This document shows positions 1-9,559 of a stretch of 64,000 nt of DNA, piece by piece. A program made the position numbers and the translations under genes. A model generated the notes under the pieces. It was not told where the DNA came from and made no database searches. It worked only from the letters and a program-made list of their open reading frames with translations. The stretch comes from Flavobacteriales bacterium. GTDB lineage: Bacteria > Bacteroidota > Bacteroidia > UBA10329. The stretch covers positions 734-64,733 of the forward strand of contig JAIPBJ010000008.1 of assembly GCA_021739625.1 (NCBI GenBank), written 5' to 3'. Positions within the stretch are counted from its first letter, which is position 1, and each line of letters starts with the position of its first letter.

Positions 1-537
1 ACCTCCAAGCTGTTCTATCGGTTGATGAGCAGGCTTTCATCTGTGGACATCCATCCCGGGGCGGCCGATTTCCGTCTGCTGGACAGAGAGGTGGTGGAGG
101 TGCTGCGGCAGTGCGGGGAGAATCATCTGTTCATCCGCGGACTGGTGAGCTGGGCGGGATTCAGTCAGGTGGCGATGGCATACTCGCCCAATCCACGCTA
201 TGCCGGGAGGACGAATTATTCGCTGCGGAAAATGGTCTCGTTCGCCCTCAGTGGCATCACGGCCTTCAGCATCCGCCCCTTGCAGCTTTCCATTTTCGTG
301 GGGCTTTTCATCGCCTTTCTGGCAGGGATCTACGGACTCTATGTGGTCTATGCGTTCGCCTTCACCGACCGGACCATCCCGGGCTGGTCGAGCGTGGCGG
401 CCAGTGTGCTTTTCATCGGGGGCATTCAGCTCATCATGCTGGGCATCATCGGTGAATATCTCGGCAAGACCTTCATCGAGAACAAGAAGCGGCCCACCTA
501 CATCGTGCGGAGACGCAAGGCTCAGGGCGCGTCATAG
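1..537 (+). CDS. Glycosyltransferase family 2 (polyprenyl-phosphate sugar transferase type), C-terminal part; the 5' end lies outside the window
   Basis: Frame 1 is open from base 1. The translation reads ...KLFYRLMSRLSSVDIHPGAADFRLLDREVV..., followed by two C-terminal TM helices and a GEYLGKTF tail, which is typical of GT2/GtrB-like enzymes. Confidence 0.75.
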   Translation, partial: TSKLFYRLMSRLSSVDIHPGAADFRLLDREVVEVLRQCGENHLFIRGLVSWAGFSQVAMAYSPNPRYAGRTNYSLRKMVSFALSGITAFSIRPLQLSIFVGLFIAFLAGIYGLYVVYAFAFTDRTIPGWSSVAASVLFIGGIQLIMLGIIGEYLGKTFIENKKRPTYIVRRRKAQGAS

Positions 538-3515
538 AGGCTCAGCCGCAGGTCGTCAACCCAAAGCGGGTCGTTGCTGCCGCCCCAGGCGAACACTTGG
601 ATGCGGTCCTTGGGAAGCAGTTGCATTGGCGGCCTGGCCACAAGCATCACATCGAACCAGACCTCGGTCCCGATCGACTGTTGGTGGAATCCCTCCGCCA
701 TTTCCCAGATCACTTTGCCTTCCCTTTCGATCTTGAAGAAAATGGCCGCGTTGGCCTCTTTGGACGACAGTTTCACCTTCATCTCCACCACGGCCTTGCG
801 CATCGTTTCCGCGTTCTGCTCCGAGAGGTTGAGCCAGATGGCAGGACTTCCGGGCTGCACAGCATCCATGCGCCAACTGTGCCGGCCGCTGAAGGCATGG
901 GCGGTGTCTGCAAGGGCGGCATCGTGCGGCCAGTGAGGGTTCTGTTCTTCAAGCGTGCTGATGGTGGAGAACAGGGCGGGGCGTGGCGCTGCACCTACGA
1001 ATCTGCGGATGCCGGGCCGCCCGGGTATGGGTTCCATCTCCTGATCAAAGGATTGCAGAAGTATCTCCCGCACGTGTGGATGCAGCGGCATGCGATGGCT
1101 GCCCAACGCGATGGTGTCGTGCCCCTTTGCTTTCAGGTCGGCAAGCCAAAGGCGCAGCGCGTGCAGTTTCTGTGGAGATGGACTGTTGACGATGAATACA
1201 TCGCCCGAGGGGGAGGTCTGCATCCGCAGGCTGTCGAACAGATGGGGCTTATCGGCCAGCAGGAGCATGGGCGTTCCATTGTCCTTGGCAGCCGACCGGG
1301 CCAATTCGGCATAGCCTGCCAACCGTTGTTCTTCGTCCGACTTCTTGCTCGACCATGAGACGATCAGCAACAGCCCCATCATTCCCATCAGACCAATGCT
1401 GACAGCGGCCGCCCTGCGTTTCTGGAAACCTGCATGCTCGCGGAGCAGAAAGTAGAGCAGGGCGAGGCAGTTGATGGCGAACATGCCGTAGGAAGTGGCA
1501 AGGCCCGCCATCACCCCGGGATTCCGGTAGTGGAACTCCACTCTGGTTGCGCCCGCAGGAACTGAAAGCGTGGGGAATATGCCGTTGACAGCATGTTGCA
1601 CCGCTTCACCGTCAAGATAGCCTTGCCAGCCTTGATAATCGGTCTGCAACAGCGTGATGCTGCGTGCGGTGGATGCATTGACGGTGAACGCCACGATGCT
1701 GGGCGCAAACCGCTCCATGATGATCGTGTCCGATCGGTCTGCTGTCGAAGAATCGGAGAAGAAGACCACGGGGCGGGCAAGTATGGCCTCGAAGGCCGCT
1801 GGGGTCTCCTCGCGGAAATGCTCGAATGCATCGAGCCTGAAACTGTTGAACCCCTCGAACGAGACGGTCTTTGTGAGGATGTTCGTGTTTCTCCACAGTG
1901 GACTCATAAACTGCGGCCCATCGCGATGGGTGCCGACAGCCACAGAGAGGTCGGGCAGCGGAAAGCCCTGCGGGTTCTGGTCGATCTTGGATTGGAGCAG
2001 GGCAGGGGACTGGCCCGAGCCGACCGTGATGGGGAAATTAAGGTGGACGGAAACGCCCATTTCAATCAGCAGAAAACCCATCAACAACCAAGAGAATGCC
2101 TTGGAGCGATGGCGCAGCAACCATAGACCGACCATCAACAGCAGCAGCAGGCCGCATTGGATCACCGCATGGATGAGGACGTGGTTGACGCGGGGCGTCT
2201 GCCCGAGGCTGTCGCGGTATTCTGACAGGAAGACCAACGGCCGATAGGTGACCGCGTTGGTCTGGAAGAAATAGATGCCAATGCCGGCAATGGCGATGAA
2301 GAGGAGCATGGCCGCTGCGAAGGGCCGCTTCCACTGTGGCCTGTCGGCACCGATGAAACGGCCCAGCTCGGCCGTTGCGATAAGAATGAAGGCCAGTAGG
2401 GCGAAGTAGTAGAAAAAGGCCGACATGCGGAAGAGGTCCATCAGCGGAGCATGATGGAACAGCCATTCGCGCACAGGGGTGTAGCGGCCGAAGGAAGCGA
2501 ACAGGCAAAGCAGTCCGAAACCGAGGAAGATGTTCTCCATCATCCCCCTTCTTCTGAACAGTGCAGAGAGCAGCCCGATGAGCATGAGCAGGCCGAAGTG
2601 TCCGTTGCCCATGGAGAGGTCGGTGTCGTAGAAATCGGTGTCGGTGACCACAGCGAATGGCGTGAGCAGCGAAATGAGACACTGCGGGGAGAAGGGCATG
2701 AACTGCGCGTCCTTGAGTGTGACTCCCGCGAAGCGCTGAATGTGCGGTGAGACCTGATAGAAGGTGACCATCAGCACAGTCAGGGATACCAGTACGATGA
2801 CCGACAGCAGGGCATTCATTGTGAGGATTCTGAGAAGATGCCCCTGTTGCCTTCTCCGTTGCCATAGTTCGACAAGGAAAAGGAAGATGAGCAGATAAAG
2901 GAGCATCATGTTGAGGGCCTGATAGCCCCCAGTGAGCTGGAGAAAGAGGAAGAACGCCAGTTTCCACAGGTCGGGCCACTGCGCGTGCCGCTGAAGGCGG
3001 ATGAAATAGTGGACCGCCCAAGGAATGAATGCCGCAGCGATGATGCAGGCGAGGTCCTGCCCGTGGCCGACAACAAATCCGCTGAGCATATAGGCGATCC
3101 CCCCCATGATCCTTGCGCGGTGCATGGAGGTGAAATGGCCTGCCAGCAGATACATGCCCGTGCCTGCCACGCTGAGATAGAGGATGAAGAGCACATTGAG
3201 CAGTTGCACGCTGTAGCCGCCTGCCAGCCCAACGATCAGCCCTTCGATGTAAAAGACCGAGCGCATGTCGGCATGGATGGGATAACCGAAATGCTGATAG
3301 GGATTCCAGAGCGGGAAGATGCCATGGTCGAGACTCTCGCCCACGAAATAGCGCCAGGGCAGATAGCAGTCCGTGGCATCCCACTTCAGGCTCTCGTGCA
3401 TGGATGCGATGCCATGGAAGGCGAGGATACAGACCAGCACCATGAGTGCGAAGACGCCCGTCACGCGGGCAATGCCCACTTCTGCTGTGCTGTTTGCTGT
3501 AATGCTGCCGTTCAT
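522..3515 (-). CDS. YfhO-family polytopic membrane protein (putative glycosyltransferase)
   Basis: The ORF is long with many TM helices. The N-terminal region carries DCYLPWRYFVGESLDHGIFPLWNPYQHFGYP, which is characteristic of YfhO. I moved the start to the ATG at 3515 (MNGSIT...) because the 36 upstream codons are Arg/Cys-rich and look non-native. Confidence 0.7.
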   Translation of the reverse strand: MNGSITANSTAEVGIARVTGVFALMVLVCILAFHGIASMHESLKWDATDCYLPWRYFVGESLDHGIFPLWNPYQHFGYPIHADMRSVFYIEGLIVGLAGGYSVQLLNVLFILYLSVAGTGMYLLAGHFTSMHRARIMGGIAYMLSGFVVGHGQDLACIIAAAFIPWAVHYFIRLQRHAQWPDLWKLAFFLFLQLTGGYQALNMMLLYLLIFLFLVELWQRRRQQGHLLRILTMNALLSVIVLVSLTVLMVTFYQVSPHIQRFAGVTLKDAQFMPFSPQCLISLLTPFAVVTDTDFYDTDLSMGNGHFGLLMLIGLLSALFRRRGMMENIFLGFGLLCLFASFGRYTPVREWLFHHAPLMDLFRMSAFFYYFALLAFILIATAELGRFIGADRPQWKRPFAAAMLLFIAIAGIGIYFFQTNAVTYRPLVFLSEYRDSLGQTPRVNHVLIHAVIQCGLLLLLMVGLWLLRHRSKAFSWLLMGFLLIEMGVSVHLNFPITVGSGQSPALLQSKIDQNPQGFPLPDLSVAVGTHRDGPQFMSPLWRNTNILTKTVSFEGFNSFRLDAFEHFREETPAAFEAILARPVVFFSDSSTADRSDTIIMERFAPSIVAFTVNASTARSITLLQTDYQGWQGYLDGEAVQHAVNGIFPTLSVPAGATRVEFHYRNPGVMAGLATSYGMFAINCLALLYFLLREHAGFQKRRAAAVSIGLMGMMGLLLIVSWSSKKSDEEQRLAGYAELARSAAKDNGTPMLLLADKPHLFDSLRMQTSPSGDVFIVNSPSPQKLHALRLWLADLKAKGHDTIALGSHRMPLHPHVREILLQSFDQEMEPIPGRPGIRRFVGAAPRPALFSTISTLEEQNPHWPHDAALADTAHAFSGRHSWRMDAVQPGSPAIWLNLSEQNAETMRKAVVEMKVKLSSKEANAAIFFKIEREGKVIWEMAEGFHQQSIGTEVWFDVMLVARPPMQLLPKDRIQVFAWGGSNDPLWVDDLRLSLYDAP

Positions 3516-3643
3516 GCCGCTCGGGCCGTGAAAGTAAGCAGCCCCGGCAAGGCACCTTGCAGTGGGCCGCTGCCGTGTATGGATCTGTACGGATCCGGTC
3601 TGGCGACAGGTGCCATGCGACATCCCCGCCCGAAGCCGTTCCT

Positions 3644-3651
3644 TAGATTTG
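3644..3651 (+). promoter_or_regulatory. Bacteroidota -7 box TAgaTTTG, 4 nt upstream of the ctaA ATG (a leaderless transcript is predicted)
   Basis: There is an exact TAnnTTTG match at 3644-3651, and the ATG is at 3656. Confidence 0.35.
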
Positions 3652-3655
3652 TGCC

Positions 3656-4747
3656 ATGGCCATCACACCCGTCCGCAGCAGATACCGCCTTTTCCGCCTA
3701 TTGCTGAAGATGTCGCTGGCACTCACCTTTCTGGTCATCCTGGCAGGCAGTGTGGTGCGCACCACTGGCAGCGGCATGGGCTGTCCGGACTGGCCCAAGT
3801 GTTTCGGGCAGTGGATTCCACCCACGGACGGCAGTGTCCTCCCGGCAGACTACAGGGAGCACTACATCGGGGTACGCAGGCAGAAGAATGACCGGCTGGC
3901 CGATAGGCTGGCCCCGATGGGCTTCAGCGAATTGGCCGAGCGCATCCGAAACGACCACAGCATCTATGAGGAGACCGATTTCGTGTGGCAGCGCACTTGG
4001 ACCGAGTATGTGAACCGGCTGTGCGGTGCATTGCTGGGCCTGTCGCTGCTGGCCACGTTCGTCACTTCGTTCATGTTCTGGCAAAAGAGCAGGCGGGTGG
4101 TATGGATACTGCTGGGAGTGATCATTCTCACCGTGTTCCAAGGGTGGCTCGGCTCGGTGGTGGTGAGCACAAATCTGCTGCCCGGCACCATCACGGTTCA
4201 CATGCTTTTCGCGTTCCTCATCATAGCAGGACTGATGCAGACCTATGTGAAGACCTCGCCCGGAAGGCGGGTGATGTCGAGCTTCGCCATGAAGGATACG
4301 ATGCGCTATGCCGTTGGCGTGCTGCTTGTGCTCACGGTGGTGCAAGTGGTGCTGGGAACACAGGTGCGGCAGCAGGTGGACCTCATTGCCAAGGAACTCG
4401 ACATGGCGCAGCGCGAACTGTGGATCGGACGACTGGGCACGGTGTTCCTCGTCCACCGCTCGTTCTCGCTGCTTCTGCTGGCGGGCCATCTCTGGCTTTT
4501 CTATCAGGTGCTGCGACACCTGCGGCACTATTTTGTGGTCTATCGCGCCACGGCCTGGCTCATGGCATTCATTCTGGCCGAGGTGGTCACGGGCGTTCTG
4601 CTCGCCTATCTCAACATGCCACGTGCCGCGCAGCCGTTGCATCTGCTGTTCTCGTGCATGATAGTCGGTGCGCAGAGCTACCTGCTCTTCGTCTTCTTCA
4701 GCAGGCGGAGAATAGGGTCGGGGAGCGATGTCAGTGTTTCCAGCTGA
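3656..4747 (+). CDS. ctaA: Heme A synthase (COX15/CtaA family)
   Basis: The protein has the SGMGCPDWPKCFGQWIPP motif, eight predicted TM segments and conserved His residues in the helices. Confidence 0.85.
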   Translation: MAITPVRSRYRLFRLLLKMSLALTFLVILAGSVVRTTGSGMGCPDWPKCFGQWIPPTDGSVLPADYREHYIGVRRQKNDRLADRLAPMGFSELAERIRNDHSIYEETDFVWQRTWTEYVNRLCGALLGLSLLATFVTSFMFWQKSRRVVWILLGVIILTVFQGWLGSVVVSTNLLPGTITVHMLFAFLIIAGLMQTYVKTSPGRRVMSSFAMKDTMRYAVGVLLVLTVVQVVLGTQVRQQVDLIAKELDMAQRELWIGRLGTVFLVHRSFSLLLLAGHLWLFYQVLRHLRHYFVVYRATAWLMAFILAEVVTGVLLAYLNMPRAAQPLHLLFSCMIVGAQSYLLFVFFSRRRIGSGSDVSVSS

Positions 4748-5312
4748 ACGTCTCCACCAGATGCTGGAGGTCCTCGTCCAGAAACTGGATGACCGGGGCC
4801 AGCGAGTCGTTGTTCGGCACCACGTTGAAATAGAGCGCCCCGCGCAGAAAATGGGTCGTGCTATCGGTCAGATAGAGCTGAATGGGCGAGGCCGCCCCGC
4901 TGCCCGCCACTTTCCAATACATGCCATAGACCTTTTCATCAGCATTGACGATGACCTGCTCAGCTATGCCCGATGCCTTGCTGATGTGCTTGTTGGTCAT
5001 GGTGCGGGCATCATTGAGGTATTCCTCCAGATTCCCGTTCACAGGTTTATAGCTGAAATGCACACGGGCCTTGAACTGCGGCACGTGCAGGTCGAACCAG
5101 CACGGTGATGACCCTGTGCGCAGGTCCGGTTCAAAGGCCATGTATGTCGGCATTTCGAACGTGAAAGGGCAATCGCTCTGCACGGGCATGTACACCTTTT
5201 CGGGCAGGTCGATGCGCATATAGCCGCGCGGCTTGGGCGTGTGGTCTTCCCCACAGCCGGCCAGCCCCATGGTGGCGATAAGCAGAACGACCAGCGACAG
5301 CCTGCCGTTCAA
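4731..5312 (-). CDS. gldD: GldD gliding-motility lipoprotein module (possible independent start at an in-frame TTG at 5312)
   Basis: From the in-frame TTG the peptide reads (M)NGRLSLVVLLIATMGLAGC, which is a lipoprotein signal plus lipobox. It is followed by a GldD-like sequence (PKPRGYMRIDLPEK...YFNVVPNNDSLAPV). Confidence 0.6.
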   Translation of the reverse strand: MNGRLSLVVLLIATMGLAGCGEDHTPKPRGYMRIDLPEKVYMPVQSDCPFTFEMPTYMAFEPDLRTGSSPCWFDLHVPQFKARVHFSYKPVNGNLEEYLNDARTMTNKHISKASGIAEQVIVNADEKVYGMYWKVAGSGAASPIQLYLTDSTTHFLRGALYFNVVPNNDSLAPVIQFLDEDLQHLVETFSWKH

Positions 5313-6683
5313 GGGATTCCCGTCCTCGTTCCCGTCACTGGGCAGAAGGGCCACCTTGAGGCGTTTGATCCTGCGCTTGTCCACACTCTCCACGGTGAAT
5401 TCATAGTTGTTGAATGCTATGCGCTGATCCTTGTGCGGGATGCGGCCCACCTGTTCGAGTACGAAACCTGCCAAGGTGTCGGCCTCGCCCTTGTTGTCCT
5501 CAAACTCTTCCCCGTCAATCTGCAGCACACGGTAGAACTGCCGCAGGTTGGTCTTTCCCTCGAACACATAATGCGTGCTGTCCAGTTTGGAATAGACCAC
5601 CTCCTCATCATCAAACTCATCGGATATCTCGCCCACGATCTCCTCCATGATGTCTTCCAGCGTGACCAGACCCTCGCACCCTCCGAACTCATCCACCACA
5701 ATGGCCATGTGAACCCTCCGATGGCGGAACTCCTCAAGCAGGTCATCGATCATCTTGCTCTCTGGCACGAAGAAGGGAGGACGCATGAGACCGCGCCAAT
5801 CGAAACCGTCACTTTCGGTCATGTGGGGCAGCAGATCCTTCACGTGAAGCACGCCCTGAATGTTGTCGAGCGTGTCCTTATAGACAGGTATGCGAGAATA
5901 ACCTGTCTCCAATATCTCGGCCAACAGGGCGGTGAAAGGGGTGTTGAGCTCCACGGCCTCCATGTCGGGCCTCGGGCGCATGATCTGCTTCACATCTGTG
6001 CTTCCGAACTGCACGATGCCCTCCAGGATCTTCCTGTCCTCGTGGTCGCGCTGGGTCACCGGTCTGGTGATGTCCAGAGCGTGCGACAGCTCATCGACCG
6101 AAAGATGGTCCTTCAATGCCCCGGTCCTGCTGTCGATGACCGATGAGACCTTGATCAGGGGAATGCTGATGAAACTGAATGCGTAGGAGAGATAATGCAG
6201 CGGATAGGCCATCATGGTGGCAAAGCGGACACCGGTCTGCGCGGCATAGACCTTGGGCACAATCTCTCCGAACAGCAGCACCACGGCCGTGATACCGAAC
6301 ACCTCGATGATGCGCATCACGGGGATCACCCCGAAAAGCGTAAGCCGCAGCACGTGGTCGGGCACTGTGGTCGAGATGAGATAGGTGCTCAGGATGATGA
6401 TGCCCACATTCACGAAATTGTTGGCGATCAGGATCGTTGCCAACAGGCGCTTGGGCCGCTGAAGGAGCCGCGACACCATTTTGCGGTGCGGGCTCGGGGT
6501 GTTCTCCAGATCCTCCAGGTCGGCCCGAGACAGGGAAAAGAAGGCCACCTCGGCCCCAGAGATGAGGCCGGAGCAGACGAGCAGCACAATCAGAGCAGCA
6601 GGGCCGTAGAGCAATTCGGGATTGATGCTGAGCAGCAGAGGCCACATCAGCAGGGCCGGGGTTTCCGGAGGGGGGTCTTCCAA
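4731..6683 (-). CDS. gldE: GldE (DUF21 TM domain + CBS pair + CorC/HlyC) continuing in frame into GldD; a single 650-codon ORF
   Basis: The N-terminus MEDPPPE...SGAEVAFFSL matches the GldE/CNNM-type N-terminus, with a TTG start at 6683. CBS and CorC_HlyC-like regions follow, and there is no stop codon before the GldD-like part. Confidence 0.8.
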   Translation of the reverse strand: MEDPPPETPALLMWPLLLSINPELLYGPAALIVLLVCSGLISGAEVAFFSLSRADLEDLENTPSPHRKMVSRLLQRPKRLLATILIANNFVNVGIIILSTYLISTTVPDHVLRLTLFGVIPVMRIIEVFGITAVVLLFGEIVPKVYAAQTGVRFATMMAYPLHYLSYAFSFISIPLIKVSSVIDSRTGALKDHLSVDELSHALDITRPVTQRDHEDRKILEGIVQFGSTDVKQIMRPRPDMEAVELNTPFTALLAEILETGYSRIPVYKDTLDNIQGVLHVKDLLPHMTESDGFDWRGLMRPPFFVPESKMIDDLLEEFRHRRVHMAIVVDEFGGCEGLVTLEDIMEEIVGEISDEFDDEEVVYSKLDSTHYVFEGKTNLRQFYRVLQIDGEEFEDNKGEADTLAGFVLEQVGRIPHKDQRIAFNNYEFTVESVDKRRIKRLKVALLPSDGNEDGNPLNGRLSLVVLLIATMGLAGCGEDHTPKPRGYMRIDLPEKVYMPVQSDCPFTFEMPTYMAFEPDLRTGSSPCWFDLHVPQFKARVHFSYKPVNGNLEEYLNDARTMTNKHISKASGIAEQVIVNADEKVYGMYWKVAGSGAASPIQLYLTDSTTHFLRGALYFNVVPNNDSLAPVIQFLDEDLQHLVETFSWKH

Positions 6684-6720
6684 GGTTGGAATGATTCGTT
6701 CTACTTATGCACGCCCATCC

Positions 6721-7158
6721 TCAGAATGGGAGGTCGTCATCTATTTCGCCAATGGGCTGTTGGGGCGGTTCGCTCACCTGATGTGAGGATGAGTTGCTGG
6801 CCGGTGAAGAATCGGCACCTGCACCACCAGTACCTCCAAGCATGTTCATCTCGCGGGCAATAATCTCGGTAGTATATCTGTCCGCTCCATTCTGATCGGT
6901 CCATTTACGGGTCTGAAGACTGCCTTCAATATAGACCTGACGGCCCTTTTTCAGATATTTCTCGGTGATTTCTGCCAGACCGCGCCAAAGCACCACATTG
7001 TGCCATTCGGTGCGCTCCTGCGGGTTGCCGTCCCGGTCCTTGTAGCGCTCGGTCGTTGCCAGACGTATGGTTGCCACTTTAGTGCCACTCTCCAAGGTCT
7101 TCACCTCAGGGTCGGCCCCGAGGTTGCCGACAAGAATCACTTTATTAACTCCAGCCAT
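6721..7158 (-). CDS. ssb: Single-stranded DNA-binding protein
   Basis: The translation starts [18 protein letters not shown] with an OB-fold N-terminus, has a Gly/Ser-rich linker, and ends in the acidic tail DDDLPF. Confidence 0.95.
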   Translation of the reverse strand: MAGVNKVILVGNLGADPEVKTLESGTKVATIRLATTERYKDRDGNPQERTEWHNVVLWRGLAEITEKYLKKGRQVYIEGSLQTRKWTDQNGADRYTTEIIAREMNMLGGTGGAGADSSPASNSSSHQVSEPPQQPIGEIDDDLPF

Positions 7159-7206
7159 GATTTCAGGTTTTATAGGTTGAATGATCCGATTGGTCGAACA
7201 AATGTT

Positions 7207-8277
7207 CTAAACCTTTTTGGAATGTGCAAGCATTTTTTTGTTGAGATAATGATGTATGAGACGCGGGAATGCCAGTCGCTCCAGATCTTGCCACGGCACA
7301 GGGTCTGCAATTGATGGGGGCAGGTGCTTGACCCTGAATTCAAAGAAACGGCCGAAGATGCGCTGATGGGTGAGGATGTGACGTACGGGCCCATGGCTGT
7401 CCGCAAGTACTGCTCCTTTTATGCGATAGTGGGCCAGCACCTCATCAGCATCCAAGGTGCGGTCCGACTCCAACATCGGGAATTGATAAAGCCCCTGCCA
7501 GATATCGCCAGCGGGCCTGCGTTCCACTACGGTGTGCTCTCCATCTGTCAGCACCAGAAAGTGGAAGTACCGTTCGCGCACCTTCGTCCTTTTCGACTTC
7601 ATGGGGATTGAATCGACCAGTCCCAAGCGATAGGCATTGCAGCCTGCCTGCAAAGGACACTGCTCGCAATTCGCATTCCTGGGCAGGCACACTGTGGCCC
7701 CCAGTTCCATCATGGCCTGATTGTGCTCTCCCGGACTTTGAATGTCCAAGGCCCCCTGTGCCGATCGGTCGATGGCCTTGATGACGGGAGCGCTGTCCAC
7801 CGGATCGGTGATGCCATGGAAACGGGCCAGTACGCGCGTCACGTTGCCGTCCACACACGCCACTGGCAGATCGAAGGCGATGGAACCGATGGCGGCCGCA
7901 GTGTAGGGGCCAACACCCTTTAGCGAACGGAGACCTTCATAGGTATTGGGAAAGCATCCGCCCGGCCCGGTCGTCACTTGTTTGGCAGCAGCATGTAGGT
8001 TCCTTGCCCGTGAGTAGTAACCGAGGCCCTCCCACAGTTTCAGCACCTCGTCCTCGTGGGCGTTCGCCAAATCTGTCACCGTTGGAAATGCACTGAGGAA
8101 GCGATGATAATAGGGAGTGCCCTGATCCACCCGCGTCTGTTGCAGGATCACTTCCGATATCCAGATGGTGTATGGGTCGGACGAGCCGCGCCACGGCAGG
8201 TCCCGTTTGGCCCGCCCGTACCATTGACGCAGCGCATTTGTGGGGAAGGGATGATGGTCAGCGTCCAAGGGCCGCAA
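7207..8277 (-). CDS. mutY: A/G-specific adenine DNA glycosylase MutY
   Basis: The protein has a DLPWR motif, an HhH-GPD region (GVGPYTAAAI), a 4-Cys cluster (C..C..C..C) and a NUDIX-like C-terminal domain. The start is a TTG, so the exact start is uncertain. Confidence 0.9.
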   Translation of the reverse strand: MRPLDADHHPFPTNALRQWYGRAKRDLPWRGSSDPYTIWISEVILQQTRVDQGTPYYHRFLSAFPTVTDLANAHEDEVLKLWEGLGYYSRARNLHAAAKQVTTGPGGCFPNTYEGLRSLKGVGPYTAAAIGSIAFDLPVACVDGNVTRVLARFHGITDPVDSAPVIKAIDRSAQGALDIQSPGEHNQAMMELGATVCLPRNANCEQCPLQAGCNAYRLGLVDSIPMKSKRTKVRERYFHFLVLTDGEHTVVERRPAGDIWQGLYQFPMLESDRTLDADEVLAHYRIKGAVLADSHGPVRHILTHQRIFGRFFEFRVKHLPPSIADPVPWQDLERLAFPRLIHHYLNKKMLAHSKKV

Positions 8278-8340
8278 AGGTAGTTGGGCGATCAGGAGGA
8301 AAAATACTGGTCCGGCTGTTTGAAGTACGGATTATTCCTT

Positions 8341-8348
8341 TACATTTG
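8341..8348 (+). promoter_or_regulatory. Bacteroidota -7 box TAcaTTTG upstream of hup
   Basis: There is an exact TAnnTTTG match 47 nt upstream of the hup ATG. A TTTG lies about 19 nt further upstream as a possible -33 element. Confidence 0.5.
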
Positions 8349-8394
8349 CGCCCCCCAATTCACATTGTATTAACCAGCTCAAAATCAACAACTA

Positions 8395-8697
8395 ATGACC
8401 AAGGCGGACATAGTGAACGAGATTGCCGAGAAGACCGGCCTCGAACGCGTTGAGGTATTGCAGACCATTGAAGCATTCATGGTCTCTGTTAAGAACTCAC
8501 TTTCCAAAGGCGAGAACGTGTACATGCGCGGTTTCGGCAGCTTCATTGTGAAGAAGCGTGCGCAGAAGACCGGCCGCATCATCTCACGCAACACCACCAT
8601 CGTCATCCCCGAGCACAATGTGCCGGCATTCAAGCCAGCGAAGACTTTCGTGAGCAGGGTGAAAGACGGTAAACCCGCTAAGAAGGCGGCCAAGTAG
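8395..8697 (+). CDS. hup: HU-family DNA-binding protein
   Basis: The translation MTKADIVNEIAEKTGLERVEV...MRGFGSFIVKKRAQKTGRII has HU/IHF-fold signature motifs. Confidence 0.9.
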   Translation: MTKADIVNEIAEKTGLERVEVLQTIEAFMVSVKNSLSKGENVYMRGFGSFIVKKRAQKTGRIISRNTTIVIPEHNVPAFKPAKTFVSRVKDGKPAKKAAK

Positions 8698-8702
8698 GCA
8701 TT

Positions 8703-9542
8703 TTGAACAAAGGGCAGATCCTTCTCATTGTAGGTGCTGTGGTCGTGACCGCAGGACTTTACATGCTGCCCTATGCTCCGCTTGCACCTGAGGTTTCAGA
8801 GGAGGAGGCTGCCACACCGGTGGCCGAATACTCGGTCGTGGACGATGTGACGGAGGTCAATAACGGTTTGGACAGCGCATCGCTGGCAGTCATCACCCGC
8901 TTTGAGATAGCTGTTGACCGACACGGGAAGACCGAGTATCGCGACAGCCTCATGGCGGTCTATGATATGCTTCGCCAACCTTTGGCATCGGCCTATCATT
9001 CCATGAAAAAGGCCGAAGCTGTCAACACTGCCGATGCATGGACCGAAGCTGGCGAGCGATTCCTTCTCAATGCCAAGTACATGGGCGACCAACGGCAGAA
9101 GGCCGGATGGTTCGGTCTCTCCAAACTGTGTTTGGAAAAGGCGCTCGCCTTGGCCCCCAATGATTTGGACATCAAAGTGGATCTAGGGGTATGCATGGTC
9201 GAGAGCGCGGGCCTGACGGGCGATGCGCCCATGCAGGGCATCGGTCTTCTGAAGGAAGTGGAGCAGGCCGACCCGAACAACGTGAAGGCCTTGATCAACC
9301 TGGGCTATTTCTCTGTTCGCTCGGGTCAGTTCGACAAGGCCGAAGAGCGGTTCATCCGCGCACTGAAGGCCGATCCCGATTACAGCGAGGCATACCTCTA
9401 TCTCGCTGACCTTTACGAGAAGCAGCAGCAGACGGCCAAGGCCATTGACGCACTCAATACCTACATGAACAGGGTGGACGACCCTCAGCGCAAAGCAGAG
9501 GTGGCCGGCTACATCAAAGAACTTTCAAACAAACTCAAGTAA
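8703..9542 (+). CDS. TPR-repeat protein with an N-terminal membrane anchor
   Basis: The start is a TTG and the N-terminus has a hydrophobic segment. The C-terminal half carries TPR-like repeats (NVKALINLGYFSVRSGQFDKAEERFIRALKADPDYSEAYLYLADLY). Confidence 0.7.
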   Translation: MNKGQILLIVGAVVVTAGLYMLPYAPLAPEVSEEEAATPVAEYSVVDDVTEVNNGLDSASLAVITRFEIAVDRHGKTEYRDSLMAVYDMLRQPLASAYHSMKKAEAVNTADAWTEAGERFLLNAKYMGDQRQKAGWFGLSKLCLEKALALAPNDLDIKVDLGVCMVESAGLTGDAPMQGIGLLKEVEQADPNNVKALINLGYFSVRSGQFDKAEERFIRALKADPDYSEAYLYLADLYEKQQQTAKAIDALNTYMNRVDDPQRKAEVAGYIKELSNKLK

Positions 9543-9559
9543 CTTAAATACCCAGCATC

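Noticed and set aside
2062-3555. A 497-aa ORF on the same strand as the YfhO-like gene but out of frame
   Set aside because: It lies entirely inside the 522-3515 gene. Its Arg/His/Pro/Ala-rich composition is typical of an alternative-frame shadow in GC-rich DNA, and it has no membrane or domain signature.
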